A stretch of 64,000 bases of DNA from Pseudomonadota bacterium (GTDB lineage: Bacteria; Bdellovibrionota_C; UBA2361; OMII01). The notes beneath the pieces are model-generated. The model made no database searches. It was not told where the DNA came from and saw only the letters and a program-made list of their open reading frames with translations. The translations under genes and the position numbers were made by a program. Below are positions 18,890-28,418 of this stretch, one piece after another. Numbering within the stretch: position 1 is the stretch's first letter; each line of letters opens with the position of its first letter. The stretch spans positions 5,573 through 69,572 of the forward strand of contig JAYPVM010000004.1 in assembly GCA_038134595.1 (NCBI GenBank), given 5' to 3'.

Positions 18890-19267
18890 CTACCGGTCCC
18901 CTTCCCCCTTCCAAAATGCCATGCGCTCCGCAATCATTTTTTCATATCCGCGCTTAGTGGGTTGATAGAAATTACACATCCCTAGTTCTTCGGGAAGATA
19001 TTGAATTTCTGGTAAATATCCGTCAGCACTGTCATGTGGATACTGGTAATCAACACCGTAGCCTTGGTCTTTCATTAAAGCCGTAGGAGCATTGCGCAAA
19101 TGTAGCGGAACCTCCACCTTGGGATTCTCTTTAATTGCAGCAACAGCCGCATGCATAGCTTTATAGCTGCGGTTAGATTTCGGGGCCGTGGCGAGGTAGG
19201 TAATACATTGTGCAATTGGAATACGCCCTTCAGGCAAACCTAAAAATTCATAAGCCTGTTGTGTCGA
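18890..19267 (-). pseudogene. rarA: 5'-truncated RarA/MgsA (C-terminal domain only)
   Basis: QQAYEFLGLPEGRIPIAQ, LATAPKSNRSY, VPLHLRNAPT, GYGVDYQYPHD; in-frame stop just upstream; AAA+ domain absent. Confidence 0.9.
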
Positions 19268-19296
19268 TTATCCTTTTTAAAGAGAGGGAGTTGTAT

Positions 19297-20469
19297 TTAT
19301 TCAAATACAATAAGCCCCTCTTTGAGGAGGTTTCTCAACAGCTCGATACAGCCTGAATCGGTAACATACTGAGAGATATTTTCAACGGGTTGCGAGATTC
19401 GGTCAGCTAGTATTGTTGCTAGTCGAGCGGGTTTTCCGGTTAGTAACACCTCAGAGCCACCAGCAAAAAACCGTATTTTGCGGCTGTTTTTGATAGAAAC
19501 GTATGAAAGGCGAGCTCCTTCGACGGTTACAATGTGTGACGATTGCGCCACTTTTTTAAGCAAGTTTGAGGTCGTAGGTGTGCGTTTCTTTGCCGGTAGT
19601 TCCACATCAGAATACGGCTCTGTAGAAGAGGTGCCAAGCCATGATTCTATATAGTGGTCTTGGACGATTCTTTTTGCGAATATCTCTTTGATTCTTTCGA
19701 CGGCGTCATGCGATATCTCACCCGGCCGCTGAGGAGCAAGGTTGGGATCGGTAAAAAGCTCAGATTCATCGATGGACGCCAATCCTTCGCTGATAACGCC
19801 GTGCACAATTTCGTGGATCGTCGGCGCTCGAAATCCAACAGAAATCGTCATACATCCATCACCCTGTGCGATCCCATGGTGCGCAAAACGGGGCGGAAGA
19901 TAAAGTATATCTCCGGGTTCGAGCACCCATCGACTAGTTGGATTAAAATCCTTAAGTAGCCGGATAGGAAGATCTGGAATGAAGTTATCGTCAGGCTGCG
20001 GGAAATCCTCTATCTGCCACTCCCGCCTGCCCGCCGCTTGCACCAAAAAGACATCGTAGTTATCTACGTGCGCACCAACGTTTCCCTGGTCGTAGGCAAC
20101 GCTAATCATCACATCATCTATCCGCCAAAAGGGAATAAACGAGAAGTGATCGACTAGTTTATGAACCTCTGGAATAAACCGATCTACACCGTTTACCAAA
20201 ACCGTCCAATGGGACTTTGGAAGTTCAGAAAATATTGATGGTTCAAAAGGCCCCTTTCGCACCTCCCACGGTGTTTTGCCATCTCGCTCTAAAATGAGTC
20301 GTGACTCGATTCGTTCATCGCAACAAAGACCCGCTACTTCATCAGGTGAGATGATTTCAGGAAAGGGCGATAGAGCCCCCTTCATCAGAAGGGGCTTTTT
20401 TTGCCAATAGGACTTTAGAAACTTCTCTTGAGTTAATTTTCCTAGAATAGGCCACGAGATCTTTTTCAT
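19297..20469 (-). CDS. roxA: JmjC/cupin ribosomal protein uL16 3-hydroxylase (RoxA/YcfD)
   Basis: FLKSYWQKKPLL, WRIDDVMIS, GAHVDNYDVFLVQ, LYLPPRFAHHG; real start ATG 20469. Confidence 0.92.
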   Translation of the reverse strand: MKKISWPILGKLTQEKFLKSYWQKKPLLMKGALSPFPEIISPDEVAGLCCDERIESRLILERDGKTPWEVRKGPFEPSIFSELPKSHWTVLVNGVDRFIPEVHKLVDHFSFIPFWRIDDVMISVAYDQGNVGAHVDNYDVFLVQAAGRREWQIEDFPQPDDNFIPDLPIRLLKDFNPTSRWVLEPGDILYLPPRFAHHGIAQGDGCMTISVGFRAPTIHEIVHGVISEGLASIDESELFTDPNLAPQRPGEISHDAVERIKEIFAKRIVQDHYIESWLGTSSTEPYSDVELPAKKRTPTTSNLLKKVAQSSHIVTVEGARLSYVSIKNSRKIRFFAGGSEVLLTGKPARLATILADRISQPVENISQYVTDSGCIELLRNLLKEGLIVFE

Positions 20470-20575
20470 AGTAGTTCCAAATTGTGTAGAGTAGCGGTTA
20501 CGAATGCACGTTACGTGTGTTAGTCGCAGTCGCATACAAGAAGTTACTTTATGCAACATGCCCAAGGGATATGGT

Positions 20576-21334
20576 ATGCAAGAAAAATCAAATAGTCGAG
20601 CGTTAGGAAGTATCGAAACGCAGAAAACTATCGAGATAGTCGTTGTTTTAGTCTCGCCTCGTGATGCGAGAAATATCGGGTCGGTTGCCCGAGCGATGAG
20701 CAATCTTGGCGCCTTAGATTTAAGGCTTGTTAATCCTTTAGATTTCGAGGTGGAGTTAGCCGAAAAGGTAGCATGTTGGGGAGAAGATCTGGTGCGGGAG
20801 CGCACTGTATATGACTCCTTAGGAGCTGCTGTTTCAGATTGTACGGAGGTTGTTGGATTTGCCTCAGATAGCGGCAAACACCGAGTTGCCCAGATGACAC
20901 TTGATCAGTGGATTGAGTCGCTTTCGAGCGCGACCGAGCAGAGAATAGCCGTAGTGTTTGGTTGTGAGGAAAATGGACTAAAAAGTGAGCATTTCCCATT
21001 GTGCCAGTATCTGGTGCGTATCCCATCGGTAGCTGAAAATCCGTCGTATAATTTAGCACAGTCTGTCTTGTTAGCACTCTACTCGTTGCAGACAAAGTAT
21101 AGTGGAATAGTCGGAAATACTGGAGGGCCGATGCCTCAGAGCAAAGAACTAGAGCATCTTACAGACATGGTGCTCAAAGTTGCAGAAGAGGTCGGCTTCT
21201 TGCACAAGCATTCTCCCCCTCACATCAAAGACATTATTGTAAACCTTTCACGACGGGGAAGAATGACAGGCAGGGAGCTAAAGATTATTACCGGATTGTG
21301 TGGGATGGTGTTTAAAAAGTTGCAGATTCAATAA
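20576..21334 (+). CDS. trmJ: TrmJ/LasT-type SPOUT RNA methyltransferase
   Basis: NIGSVARAMSNLG, VVFGCEENGL, SYNLAQSV. Confidence 0.85.
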   Translation: MQEKSNSRALGSIETQKTIEIVVVLVSPRDARNIGSVARAMSNLGALDLRLVNPLDFEVELAEKVACWGEDLVRERTVYDSLGAAVSDCTEVVGFASDSGKHRVAQMTLDQWIESLSSATEQRIAVVFGCEENGLKSEHFPLCQYLVRIPSVAENPSYNLAQSVLLALYSLQTKYSGIVGNTGGPMPQSKELEHLTDMVLKVAEEVGFLHKHSPPHIKDIIVNLSRRGRMTGRELKIITGLCGMVFKKLQIQ

Positions 21335-21436
21335 CTAAATCTGAGCCTGAAACCTACCAAGAAAAATAGCACTAGCACGCATTCGGCTGGTCAAAGACTC
21401 GACCTAACTCTGCTGGAGACTTACTCTTTTTAGAAT

Positions 21437-23245
21437 CTATTTTTCAAACACAACCTTCTTTGCTGTCCATGTATAGTGCGTTGTAATTCCGTCGAGGCGT
21501 TTTGCCGCTGAAGAACCCTTCATCAGTTTGTGGTCACTATCAAGTACAGCTTCACTCTCTATCTGTGCGTCCTTAGTTATTGTTGTAAACGATAGTTTGA
21601 CGTTGGAATTCTTTGCCATTTCAATTGTTCCATTAAACCCTGAGAATCGCACTGATCGAGCCGATTTTCCTGCAGTTGAAGTTCCCATTTCTATCAGAGT
21701 TAGCCCCGAGAGCTCCTTGCCTTCGCCACCATTAAACATGAGAATACTCGACAATCCCTCTTCGGGTTTGTCGCCATCTATACGAACCATCCAAGTACCC
21801 GTAATAGCCGTGTGTGCTTTGAGTGCCGCAGCAGATTTTATGACGGTGTTTTCGGCACGGCTATTCTCTTCTAAAACAGAGGCAAGTGCGGCTGTATCAT
21901 TTTGGATGGCGGGCGAGTTCTCCAAAATACTTCCAAGAACCAGATCCTTATTTGACGAGCCGCCCCGTGTAATCCAATCCACAGAGGGGCCCGATACAAG
22001 CTCTCCATCGACTCGCCTTGTGTATCCGACCGAAGAGATAACATTGCCGGTTTTGGAGTCAACTGTATCGTATGTGACCTTAAGAGACTCTATCCCGACC
22101 TCTTTTAAGGTTCGGACCTCTCCTTCTTGACTGATTGCATCTCGATTATCGTCAAACCAGAGCCCGAGAGGCGCAAGTTCCCCTGATGATATTGTACCAT
22201 CCCCATCGTTATCGAGTTGGGCGAGTGCTTCAAAGCCATTTTTCCACGCGGTAGGTTTTTGAGGTGCGAGAGACGCCACCTTCTTACCGCCAAATGTCCA
22301 TGCTCCGAATAGCTGATGAGCAGAGGTAATCTTACCTGAGTGTTCTGGGTCATACACAAGAACTGGAGCGTCACTTGAGCCGTACCAGTGCCAGCGAGCA
22401 TTGGGTTGATTAGGTTCTAACGGAAATGAAACAAGCGTGCTGGTCTTTAGCGGATTGCTCGCCGAACTAAAAATTAACGAGATAGGTGTGCCTCTAAGCC
22501 ACTCTATCGACATTGTGCCAACTGTAGAACAACCTTCAGCGCCTGCTTGAGCAAGAGATACGAGTCGACATTCAGAGTCAAAATATACGGTGCCATCGTG
22601 ACACGTGTATTCCTGTGAGTGTTTTGCTCCGCCGGCTAAGCCACCGTATTCTCCTTTGTGGCTACCATTACTATTGTATCGATCGGCTCGATTATCTGCC
22701 CACGAAATACAGTCTACGTAGTTGTTGCGGATCTCTGTATAGGAAGTCTCACCTAGCCCGGCGTTCTCTTTGATGGTGTTCCAAAGAGTTTCTACGACGG
22801 CAGCGCCCTTATATTTGTAGTGTCTATACTCGCCGGTAAAAGTATATCTATCATCCTCTAGTTCATTGGCTATCTGGCTCTCTGTCAGACCTACACTGTT
22901 GTTTCGATGACCGCTGCTCTGAAACCCTTGGACGAGACTTTGCAAGAGGCAGGATTGCTGTTTTGCTAAGCCAGTAGTCTGTATGTCTATTCGTTGATTC
23001 AGATAACCCGATCCACCACTGCTTCCAGTCATCTGATAGTTCCAGCATAAGCCGTTGTACATTCCCCAGATCTCACACGGTTCGAAAATATGAAGGGAGG
23101 TAAGCTGACACGGATTACCTGGTGTCGGAGTAGCGGGTGGATTACTGACATTGCTTGCATCTGATTCAGCTAACTGCTGTGCTGACACACTTGGAACAAG
23201 TGAGAAAGTGAGCAACAGAGCGGTAATTAACTGATTATAATTCAT
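21437..23245 (-). CDS. Secreted protein with Cys-rich N-region and RTX-associated EF-hand-like module
   Basis: Signal peptide ending VSA; NGFEALAQLDNDGDGTISSGELAPLGLWFDDNRDAISQEGE. Confidence 0.8.
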   Translation of the reverse strand: MNYNQLITALLLTFSLVPSVSAQQLAESDASNVSNPPATPTPGNPCQLTSLHIFEPCEIWGMYNGLCWNYQMTGSSGGSGYLNQRIDIQTTGLAKQQSCLLQSLVQGFQSSGHRNNSVGLTESQIANELEDDRYTFTGEYRHYKYKGAAVVETLWNTIKENAGLGETSYTEIRNNYVDCISWADNRADRYNSNGSHKGEYGGLAGGAKHSQEYTCHDGTVYFDSECRLVSLAQAGAEGCSTVGTMSIEWLRGTPISLIFSSASNPLKTSTLVSFPLEPNQPNARWHWYGSSDAPVLVYDPEHSGKITSAHQLFGAWTFGGKKVASLAPQKPTAWKNGFEALAQLDNDGDGTISSGELAPLGLWFDDNRDAISQEGEVRTLKEVGIESLKVTYDTVDSKTGNVISSVGYTRRVDGELVSGPSVDWITRGGSSNKDLVLGSILENSPAIQNDTAALASVLEENSRAENTVIKSAAALKAHTAITGTWMVRIDGDKPEEGLSSILMFNGGEGKELSGLTLIEMGTSTAGKSARSVRFSGFNGTIEMAKNSNVKLSFTTITKDAQIESEAVLDSDHKLMKGSSAAKRLDGITTHYTWTAKKVVFEK

Positions 23246-23289
23246 CTGTTCTCCTGGGTTTTGAAATCCAACCATCCTTCATTATACAG

Positions 23290-23317
23290 TGGTCGACAAC
23301 ATCTCTAGAAACCTTTA
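23290..23317 (-). promoter_or_regulatory. Possible sigma28 (FliA)-type promoter
   Basis: TAAA-N16-GTCGACCA versus consensus TAAA-N15-GCCGATAA. Confidence 0.35.
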
Positions 23318-23660
23318 GTCATTTTTAAATAAAGGGCAAAAAATTATCTCTCAGGGATGCCAACCTGTTTTCACGAAGCTCACTCGGCGAGCCGTTAAAT
23401 ATGCTCGGACTAAACATCTGCGATTACGGGATTTTATGGGAAACGCATTCTAATGCAAGGAGTTTAGTGTAGTTGGAGCCTCTGCGGAAAGGGATGGGAA
23501 CTAGCCTCACTTTGAAAGGTAAGGCTAGTGGGTCAATTCGCTATTGAACCCAAGAGAGTAGGATTGCCGCACGAGTTGTCTTTAGTCTAAAGGAATAGCT
23601 TGATTTCGGTGAGAGGTGCCGTAGCATAAAAAAATTTAGCCAGGAGGGAGAAAGCGAGCA

Positions 23661-23695
23661 GACTTTGCGTGCCCTTACTTTGGGCACGCAAAGTC
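23661..23695. terminator. Strong hairpin downstream of the 23716 gene
   Basis: 14-bp perfect stem GACTTTGCGTGCCC/GGGCACGCAAAGTC. Confidence 0.75.
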
Positions 23696-23715
23696 TTAAG
23701 AAGATATCGCAGAAT

Positions 23716-25101
23716 CTATGTCAGAGAGTCTGAGTCGCCGTCGATTAAATCTGTGTCAACTCTATTGGCACTTGAGTCTTCGCCCGACGTAGGTTTCTCA
23801 GGTGCAGATTGATTGAGATCTACAGCGATAATTTTGTCATTTATCGCTGCCTCAATCTCAGGCGTCCAGTTAACATCAATTGTTCCGTGGTGCTCTTTTA
23901 CAAGACCTGCTTCAAGAGCAAGCTGTGCAATCGCCATGCGCTGGTCTTCACTAAATTTCTGAAGCCAATCGTTGCCAAATTTCTCAAAGAACGCGGCATT
24001 TCCCCAGATGTCTTGTGGTTTGAGATCTTTCTCATCTCGACTTAGAGCAAACTTGTTATTCACCCACCCATCGGGAGTCATCCCGACAAAGTCTGCTGAG
24101 AAATTTGGATGAACCAGCTCCTCTTTGCTTCGGCCACGCTGAAGTTTTTGTGAGTGAAGGAGTACGTCCGGTATCTGAACGCCTTGGTTTTGAAGCTTGC
24201 TCATGCGCTTGCCTTCAGTTTTCCATTTATCTCGGTCTCCTAATCTTGAACCCAAGAGTCCGCCACCTAAGAGCCCTCCTACAAGAAGTCCAGCCCAACC
24301 TACAGGCCCAAGCGCAATACCAACTGATGTTAGCGCCATTCCAGCGCCAACACCTGCGGTGAGTCCGCCCATGCCACCTACCTTGCGGCCGGTAAGGCCG
24401 CCGATTGTGTTAGCGAGACCAACCATCTGACCACCTTGCATCATTGTGCCTATCCCAGCCAATGCTCCTGATGCCATTGATGCTGTTGATGCCGTAGCCG
24501 AAGAGGCGCTCTTAGCGACCCCTGATGCGACAGCTCCTTTAGTTAAACCTCCCGCGCCTTGTATGGCTGCAGGGGTAAAAAGCCCGTTTCCAAGCATCTC
24601 TTCGATACCTGAAAAGCCCGCAGAGACACCTGCGTCTACAGCTTTTGGTTTCGAGAAGATCGAGCCAATGGCATCACCGATACCACCCAAGCCGTTTTTA
24701 CCTTTGGATAGATAGTCCTTGAAGTATCCCCCAAGTTTTGTCAGTGCATCAGTTGTCTCTGGCCACTTTGATTTTGCCCAATCGTAAAGAGATCCGCCAA
24801 GTGAACCTAAGATCGAGGATTTCTTGCTCTTTGTCGTATCTGGATTGTTCTCTGATTTGGATTCTGTTTTGTCAGTAGACGATATATTTAGTGCGTCACC
24901 CAAACCAGGAAGTGAGGCAAGAGAGACGATGAGGTTAAGCATATCTTTGCTGCTTGGCTCTGGCAGTCGTGCCGGTTTTGTGGCCATGCTTTGTTGCTGG
25001 TTTGCGCTGGTGGTAGGATTGTTGGTTTGACCTTGGATTTTTTGTAAATACTCAGCGATAGCGGCGTACTGCGCCTGCGAAGAGTTAATTGTATTGCCCA
25101 T
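23716..25101 (-). CDS. Gly-rich hypothetical protein with central hydrophobic segments and no Sec signal
   Basis: SD GGAG; S/N/Q/T-rich N-terminus; GxxxG-rich TM-like stretch IALGPVGWAGLLVGGLLGGGLLG; globular C-domain. Confidence 0.8.
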   Translation of the reverse strand: MGNTINSSQAQYAAIAEYLQKIQGQTNNPTTSANQQQSMATKPARLPEPSSKDMLNLIVSLASLPGLGDALNISSTDKTESKSENNPDTTKSKKSSILGSLGGSLYDWAKSKWPETTDALTKLGGYFKDYLSKGKNGLGGIGDAIGSIFSKPKAVDAGVSAGFSGIEEMLGNGLFTPAAIQGAGGLTKGAVASGVAKSASSATASTASMASGALAGIGTMMQGGQMVGLANTIGGLTGRKVGGMGGLTAGVGAGMALTSVGIALGPVGWAGLLVGGLLGGGLLGSRLGDRDKWKTEGKRMSKLQNQGVQIPDVLLHSQKLQRGRSKEELVHPNFSADFVGMTPDGWVNNKFALSRDEKDLKPQDIWGNAAFFEKFGNDWLQKFSEDQRMAIAQLALEAGLVKEHHGTIDVNWTPEIEAAINDKIIAVDLNQSAPEKPTSGEDSSANRVDTDLIDGDSDSLT

Positions 25102-25325
25102 AATTTGCTCCAAAAAACAAGATGAAAGAGGCATCTGAAACTGATGCTACGTCGATAACTCTTTCTAAAAGAGTTTCGTCATGAAGCTTTATCGAAGAAT
25201 AATGACGAAAGTTTCGGCAAGATACCTAGCTAGCGTAACTATTGCCGGTAGGGTAGGGAGTATGACTTTGATAGCAGTCGTCGATACTAGATTCTCTCGT
25301 TACCGTGCGCCGTCTCGAGACTGCG

Positions 25326-26228
25326 TCACGGTGATTCATTGAGATATCTGTACACAGATAGTAGCTTGTCTCTAATTGGCTTTGCCAATCGAAAGAGATC
25401 TCTTTGATGCTCTATGTACGCTTCTCTGCCGCTCGGCGTTTCAATAGCGATAGCCTTTAACCCGTATTCGGAGAGGTCATAGGGGCTAGCCTGCATGTCA
25501 ATCGTTCTTGCTTTGACTGCCAAGAGAAACGCCTCTTGCAAGATAGAGCTTGGGCAAAATGGAGCGATTTTATAGGCAAAGCGGTAAAGGTCCATTGAGG
25601 CGTGAATACAGGCGGGTTGATCGTGTTGTGTTGTTGTAATGCGGGTTAAATTGTTTCTGTTTAAGGGGCGAGCAGACGGTGTGAAAAATCGAAACGCATC
25701 GTAATGTGAACAGCGAAGTTGGAGGGAATCGACTACAGTTTCTATATCGCTAGGAGAGACGCGTAGCGGCACTGTCTTATGACGGGGGGATGGTATTTTG
25801 TAGAGCATCGCCCACTCATGCAATCCAAAACAGCCGAAAAATGGCGACCGCTCTCCGGTTTCTGTGAGGTACCGAGCGGCCCAGTTGAGATAGTTCTTGC
25901 GGTGAGAGGGAAAAGAATCTCTGGGTATAACCCAACCGAACGTATTCTTCTTATAGTAGCTGCTCCAATCAAGGGCGTTAACGTCATCAGATTCAACAGG
26001 TGAGTCTACCCCCGGACTCCAGCGGAGAAGGCGCGCGGGAGGAAAGGAGTAGTAGGTAAAGAGAAAATCATAGACAGGGTGTGACACATCGAGATTTGCC
26101 CGAGAGAGTCTATCGGAAACCCATGGTTTAAGAGCCAACCTGTGGGATGCTCGTTCGTGTTGCCACTCATGGTGCGAGAATGATTTTACAACAGATTTAG
26201 GTTCGGAGTTATCGGATCCCAACTGCAT
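25326..26228 (-). CDS. Conserved protein of a family usually annotated 3-methyladenine DNA glycosylase in Actinobacteria
   Basis: HPVYDFLFTYYS, CFGLHEWAMLY, CSHYDAFRFFT, QPACIHASMDLY, DMQASPYDL. Confidence 0.75.
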   Translation of the reverse strand: MQLGSDNSEPKSVVKSFSHHEWQHERASHRLALKPWVSDRLSRANLDVSHPVYDFLFTYYSFPPARLLRWSPGVDSPVESDDVNALDWSSYYKKNTFGWVIPRDSFPSHRKNYLNWAARYLTETGERSPFFGCFGLHEWAMLYKIPSPRHKTVPLRVSPSDIETVVDSLQLRCSHYDAFRFFTPSARPLNRNNLTRITTTQHDQPACIHASMDLYRFAYKIAPFCPSSILQEAFLLAVKARTIDMQASPYDLSEYGLKAIAIETPSGREAYIEHQRDLFRLAKPIRDKLLSVYRYLNESP

Positions 26229-27186
26229 CGCGCACCCGTTGGAGAACTGGCGTAGCAATTGCACGAGCCTTCTCCGCTCCTGCTAACAGGGTGTTTTGTA
26301 GAAGCTTTTCGTCGGCTCGAATATCGTTATAACGCGCGCGAATCTCCATCACCGAGTCATTTATGACCCCAAAAAGCTCATCTTTTGCATGCCCCCAACC
26401 CAAACCTCCAGCGGCAAGTCGAGTCTCCAAATCTTTGTACTGATCTGCGGTTGCAAACAACCGATAAAGTATTCCAACCAATGAACCTTCGAGTTCCTTT
26501 GGTTCTTCCAAGGGAGTTGAATCAGTTGTGATGGACATAATCTTCTTTCGAAGTGCCTTTTCTTCTGCCAAAAAGGGGATCTCATTGTTATAGGATTTCG
26601 ACATCTTTCTTCCATCTAAACCTGGAATAAGCATCACTTCCTCTCTCACGTACAGTTCTGGAAGTTTTAGCACGTCGCCGTATATTGCGTTAAAAGCACC
26701 TGCGATATCCCTTGCCATCTCAACATGTTGTTTCTGATCTTTTCCCACAGGAACGATATCAGAGTCGTACAAGAGGATATCAGCGGCCATCAGTACGGGG
26801 TACGCGAAGAGTCCGTGATTGATATCTGCATCTGCCGCCAAAGCATCTTTGTAGGCATGCCCCTTTTCCAGTAGTCCTAAATTAGTCATGCAACTTAAGT
26901 ACCATGCAAGCTCACACACCTCAGGTCTATCTGATTGCCTAAAAAGAATATGTGCATCAGTATCGAGACCGCATGCAAGCCACGTTGCAAGGTGATCGAG
27001 AGTTTGTCGTGCGAGTGCTCTGGGATCACGATTGTTGGTCAACGCATGGAGATCAGCGATAAAATACACGCCTTGATAACGCTCGGTAAACTCCAGAGCT
27101 GGTTTGATAGCTCCAAGATAGTTTCCCAAGTGTAGGTTGCCGGTTGCTCGAAGTCCTGTAAGTGCGCGTTTAGTGGTCGTTGTCAT
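26209..27186 (-). CDS. trpS: Tryptophan--tRNA ligase
   Basis: HLGN, YPVLMAADIL, VPVGKDQKQH, KMSKS. Confidence 0.98.
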   Translation of the reverse strand: MTTTTKRALTGLRATGNLHLGNYLGAIKPALEFTERYQGVYFIADLHALTNNRDPRALARQTLDHLATWLACGLDTDAHILFRQSDRPEVCELAWYLSCMTNLGLLEKGHAYKDALAADADINHGLFAYPVLMAADILLYDSDIVPVGKDQKQHVEMARDIAGAFNAIYGDVLKLPELYVREEVMLIPGLDGRKMSKSYNNEIPFLAEEKALRKKIMSITTDSTPLEEPKELEGSLVGILYRLFATADQYKDLETRLAAGGLGWGHAKDELFGVINDSVMEIRARYNDIRADEKLLQNTLLAGAEKARAIATPVLQRVRDAVGIR

Positions 27187-27194
27187 GTGGGCCT

Positions 27195-28340
27195 TTATCC
27201 CGTTTTCTTTAAGTCTTGTATGTGTCTAAAACTACTATCTCGCTCCTTGGGAGTAAAGCCTGCCTGTTCAATAACACGACGCAGTTCTTCTGGGCTCATA
27301 GCCCATTGATTCTTGGTAGGAGCACCGGCTTTCGATACGACATTTTCCTCCATCATGGTACTTCCGATATCATCGCACCCCGAATAGAGGCCAATTTGAG
27401 CGATGTCAGTCCCTAATGTAGGCCAACTAGACTGATGGTGTTGGATATTATCAAGAATAATCCTACTCCATGCCAGATGCTTTAGATACTCGACACTAGA
27501 GGCGCCATAATTCTTAGCATGTCGGCTTCGACCCAACGACGTATATTCGTTAAACTGATGGGTCCACGAGACAAAAAGGTTAAACCCCGCATTACCCGAA
27601 AGAAGAGCCTTGTCTTGTAGTGTTCGAAGCTTCTCAAGGTGATTCCACCGGTGTTCAATTGTCTCGCCGAATCCAATCACCATTGTAGCGCTCGTGACAA
27701 GTCCAAGCTCTTGTGCAGATTCCATTATCTCTAGCCACCTAGCAGAGCGAATCTTTTTGGGGCTAATTCGTTTCCTGACTTCGTCGTCTAAGATCTCCGC
27801 TCCTCCACCCGGCAGACCGTAGAGTCCACGATCTCTTAGATCTACAAGTATCTCCGATGCAGAGATTCCTGAAACAAGAGACATTTGATTTATCTCAGAG
27901 GGAGAGAAAGCATTTATTTGGAGAGCTGGATACGTTTCATGTATCCACGAGATCATCTCTTGATAAAACGAATACGGAAGGTCGTCGTTGTGTCCACCTT
28001 GAAGCAGTATCCTAGATGCTCCGAGCGCTACTGCCTCATCAATCTTGGTTTTAAGAATCGAGTGGCTTAGGACATAGCTTTCGGGGTGTGTTGAATCGTG
28101 GCGATAGAAGGCACAAAACGAGCAATCGGAATTACACACGTTTGTATAGTTAATATTTCTATCGATAAGGTATGTGGCGACCGTGGGCGGATTTTGCCGC
28201 AGCCTAATCTCATGCGCCACAACTGCAAGCTCCGGATAGGTAGCTTCTTTCCAGATAAGGAGAGCCTCATCTTTGGATATTCGTCTGCCGGAGAGATGAG
28301 ACTTTAGAATTGTATCGACAGATGAATTTTTCCCGCTCAT
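27195..28340 (-). CDS. mqnC: Cyclic dehypoxanthine futalosine synthase (radical SAM)
   Basis: DRNINYTNVCNSDCSFCAFY, LPGGGAEIL, GSTMMEENVVS. Confidence 0.92.
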   Translation of the reverse strand: MSGKNSSVDTILKSHLSGRRISKDEALLIWKEATYPELAVVAHEIRLRQNPPTVATYLIDRNINYTNVCNSDCSFCAFYRHDSTHPESYVLSHSILKTKIDEAVALGASRILLQGGHNDDLPYSFYQEMISWIHETYPALQINAFSPSEINQMSLVSGISASEILVDLRDRGLYGLPGGGAEILDDEVRKRISPKKIRSARWLEIMESAQELGLVTSATMVIGFGETIEHRWNHLEKLRTLQDKALLSGNAGFNLFVSWTHQFNEYTSLGRSRHAKNYGASSVEYLKHLAWSRIILDNIQHHQSSWPTLGTDIAQIGLYSGCDDIGSTMMEENVVSKAGAPTKNQWAMSPEELRRVIEQAGFTPKERDSSFRHIQDLKKTG

Positions 28341-28418
28341 ACACAAGCCCCCCCCTCCGTATTTTTTGATAGTATCATGTAAAGCCTGCTTGGAAATTAG
28401 AGCCTGTAAAACGGATGT

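Noticed and set aside
18562..18985. ORFs with KTKTRTR or VLVLVL runs
   Set aside because: Translation artefacts of the hexamer repeats
20470..20877. 135-aa N-terminal extension of roxA
   Set aside because: Overlaps trmJ on the other strand; family similarity starts at MKKISW
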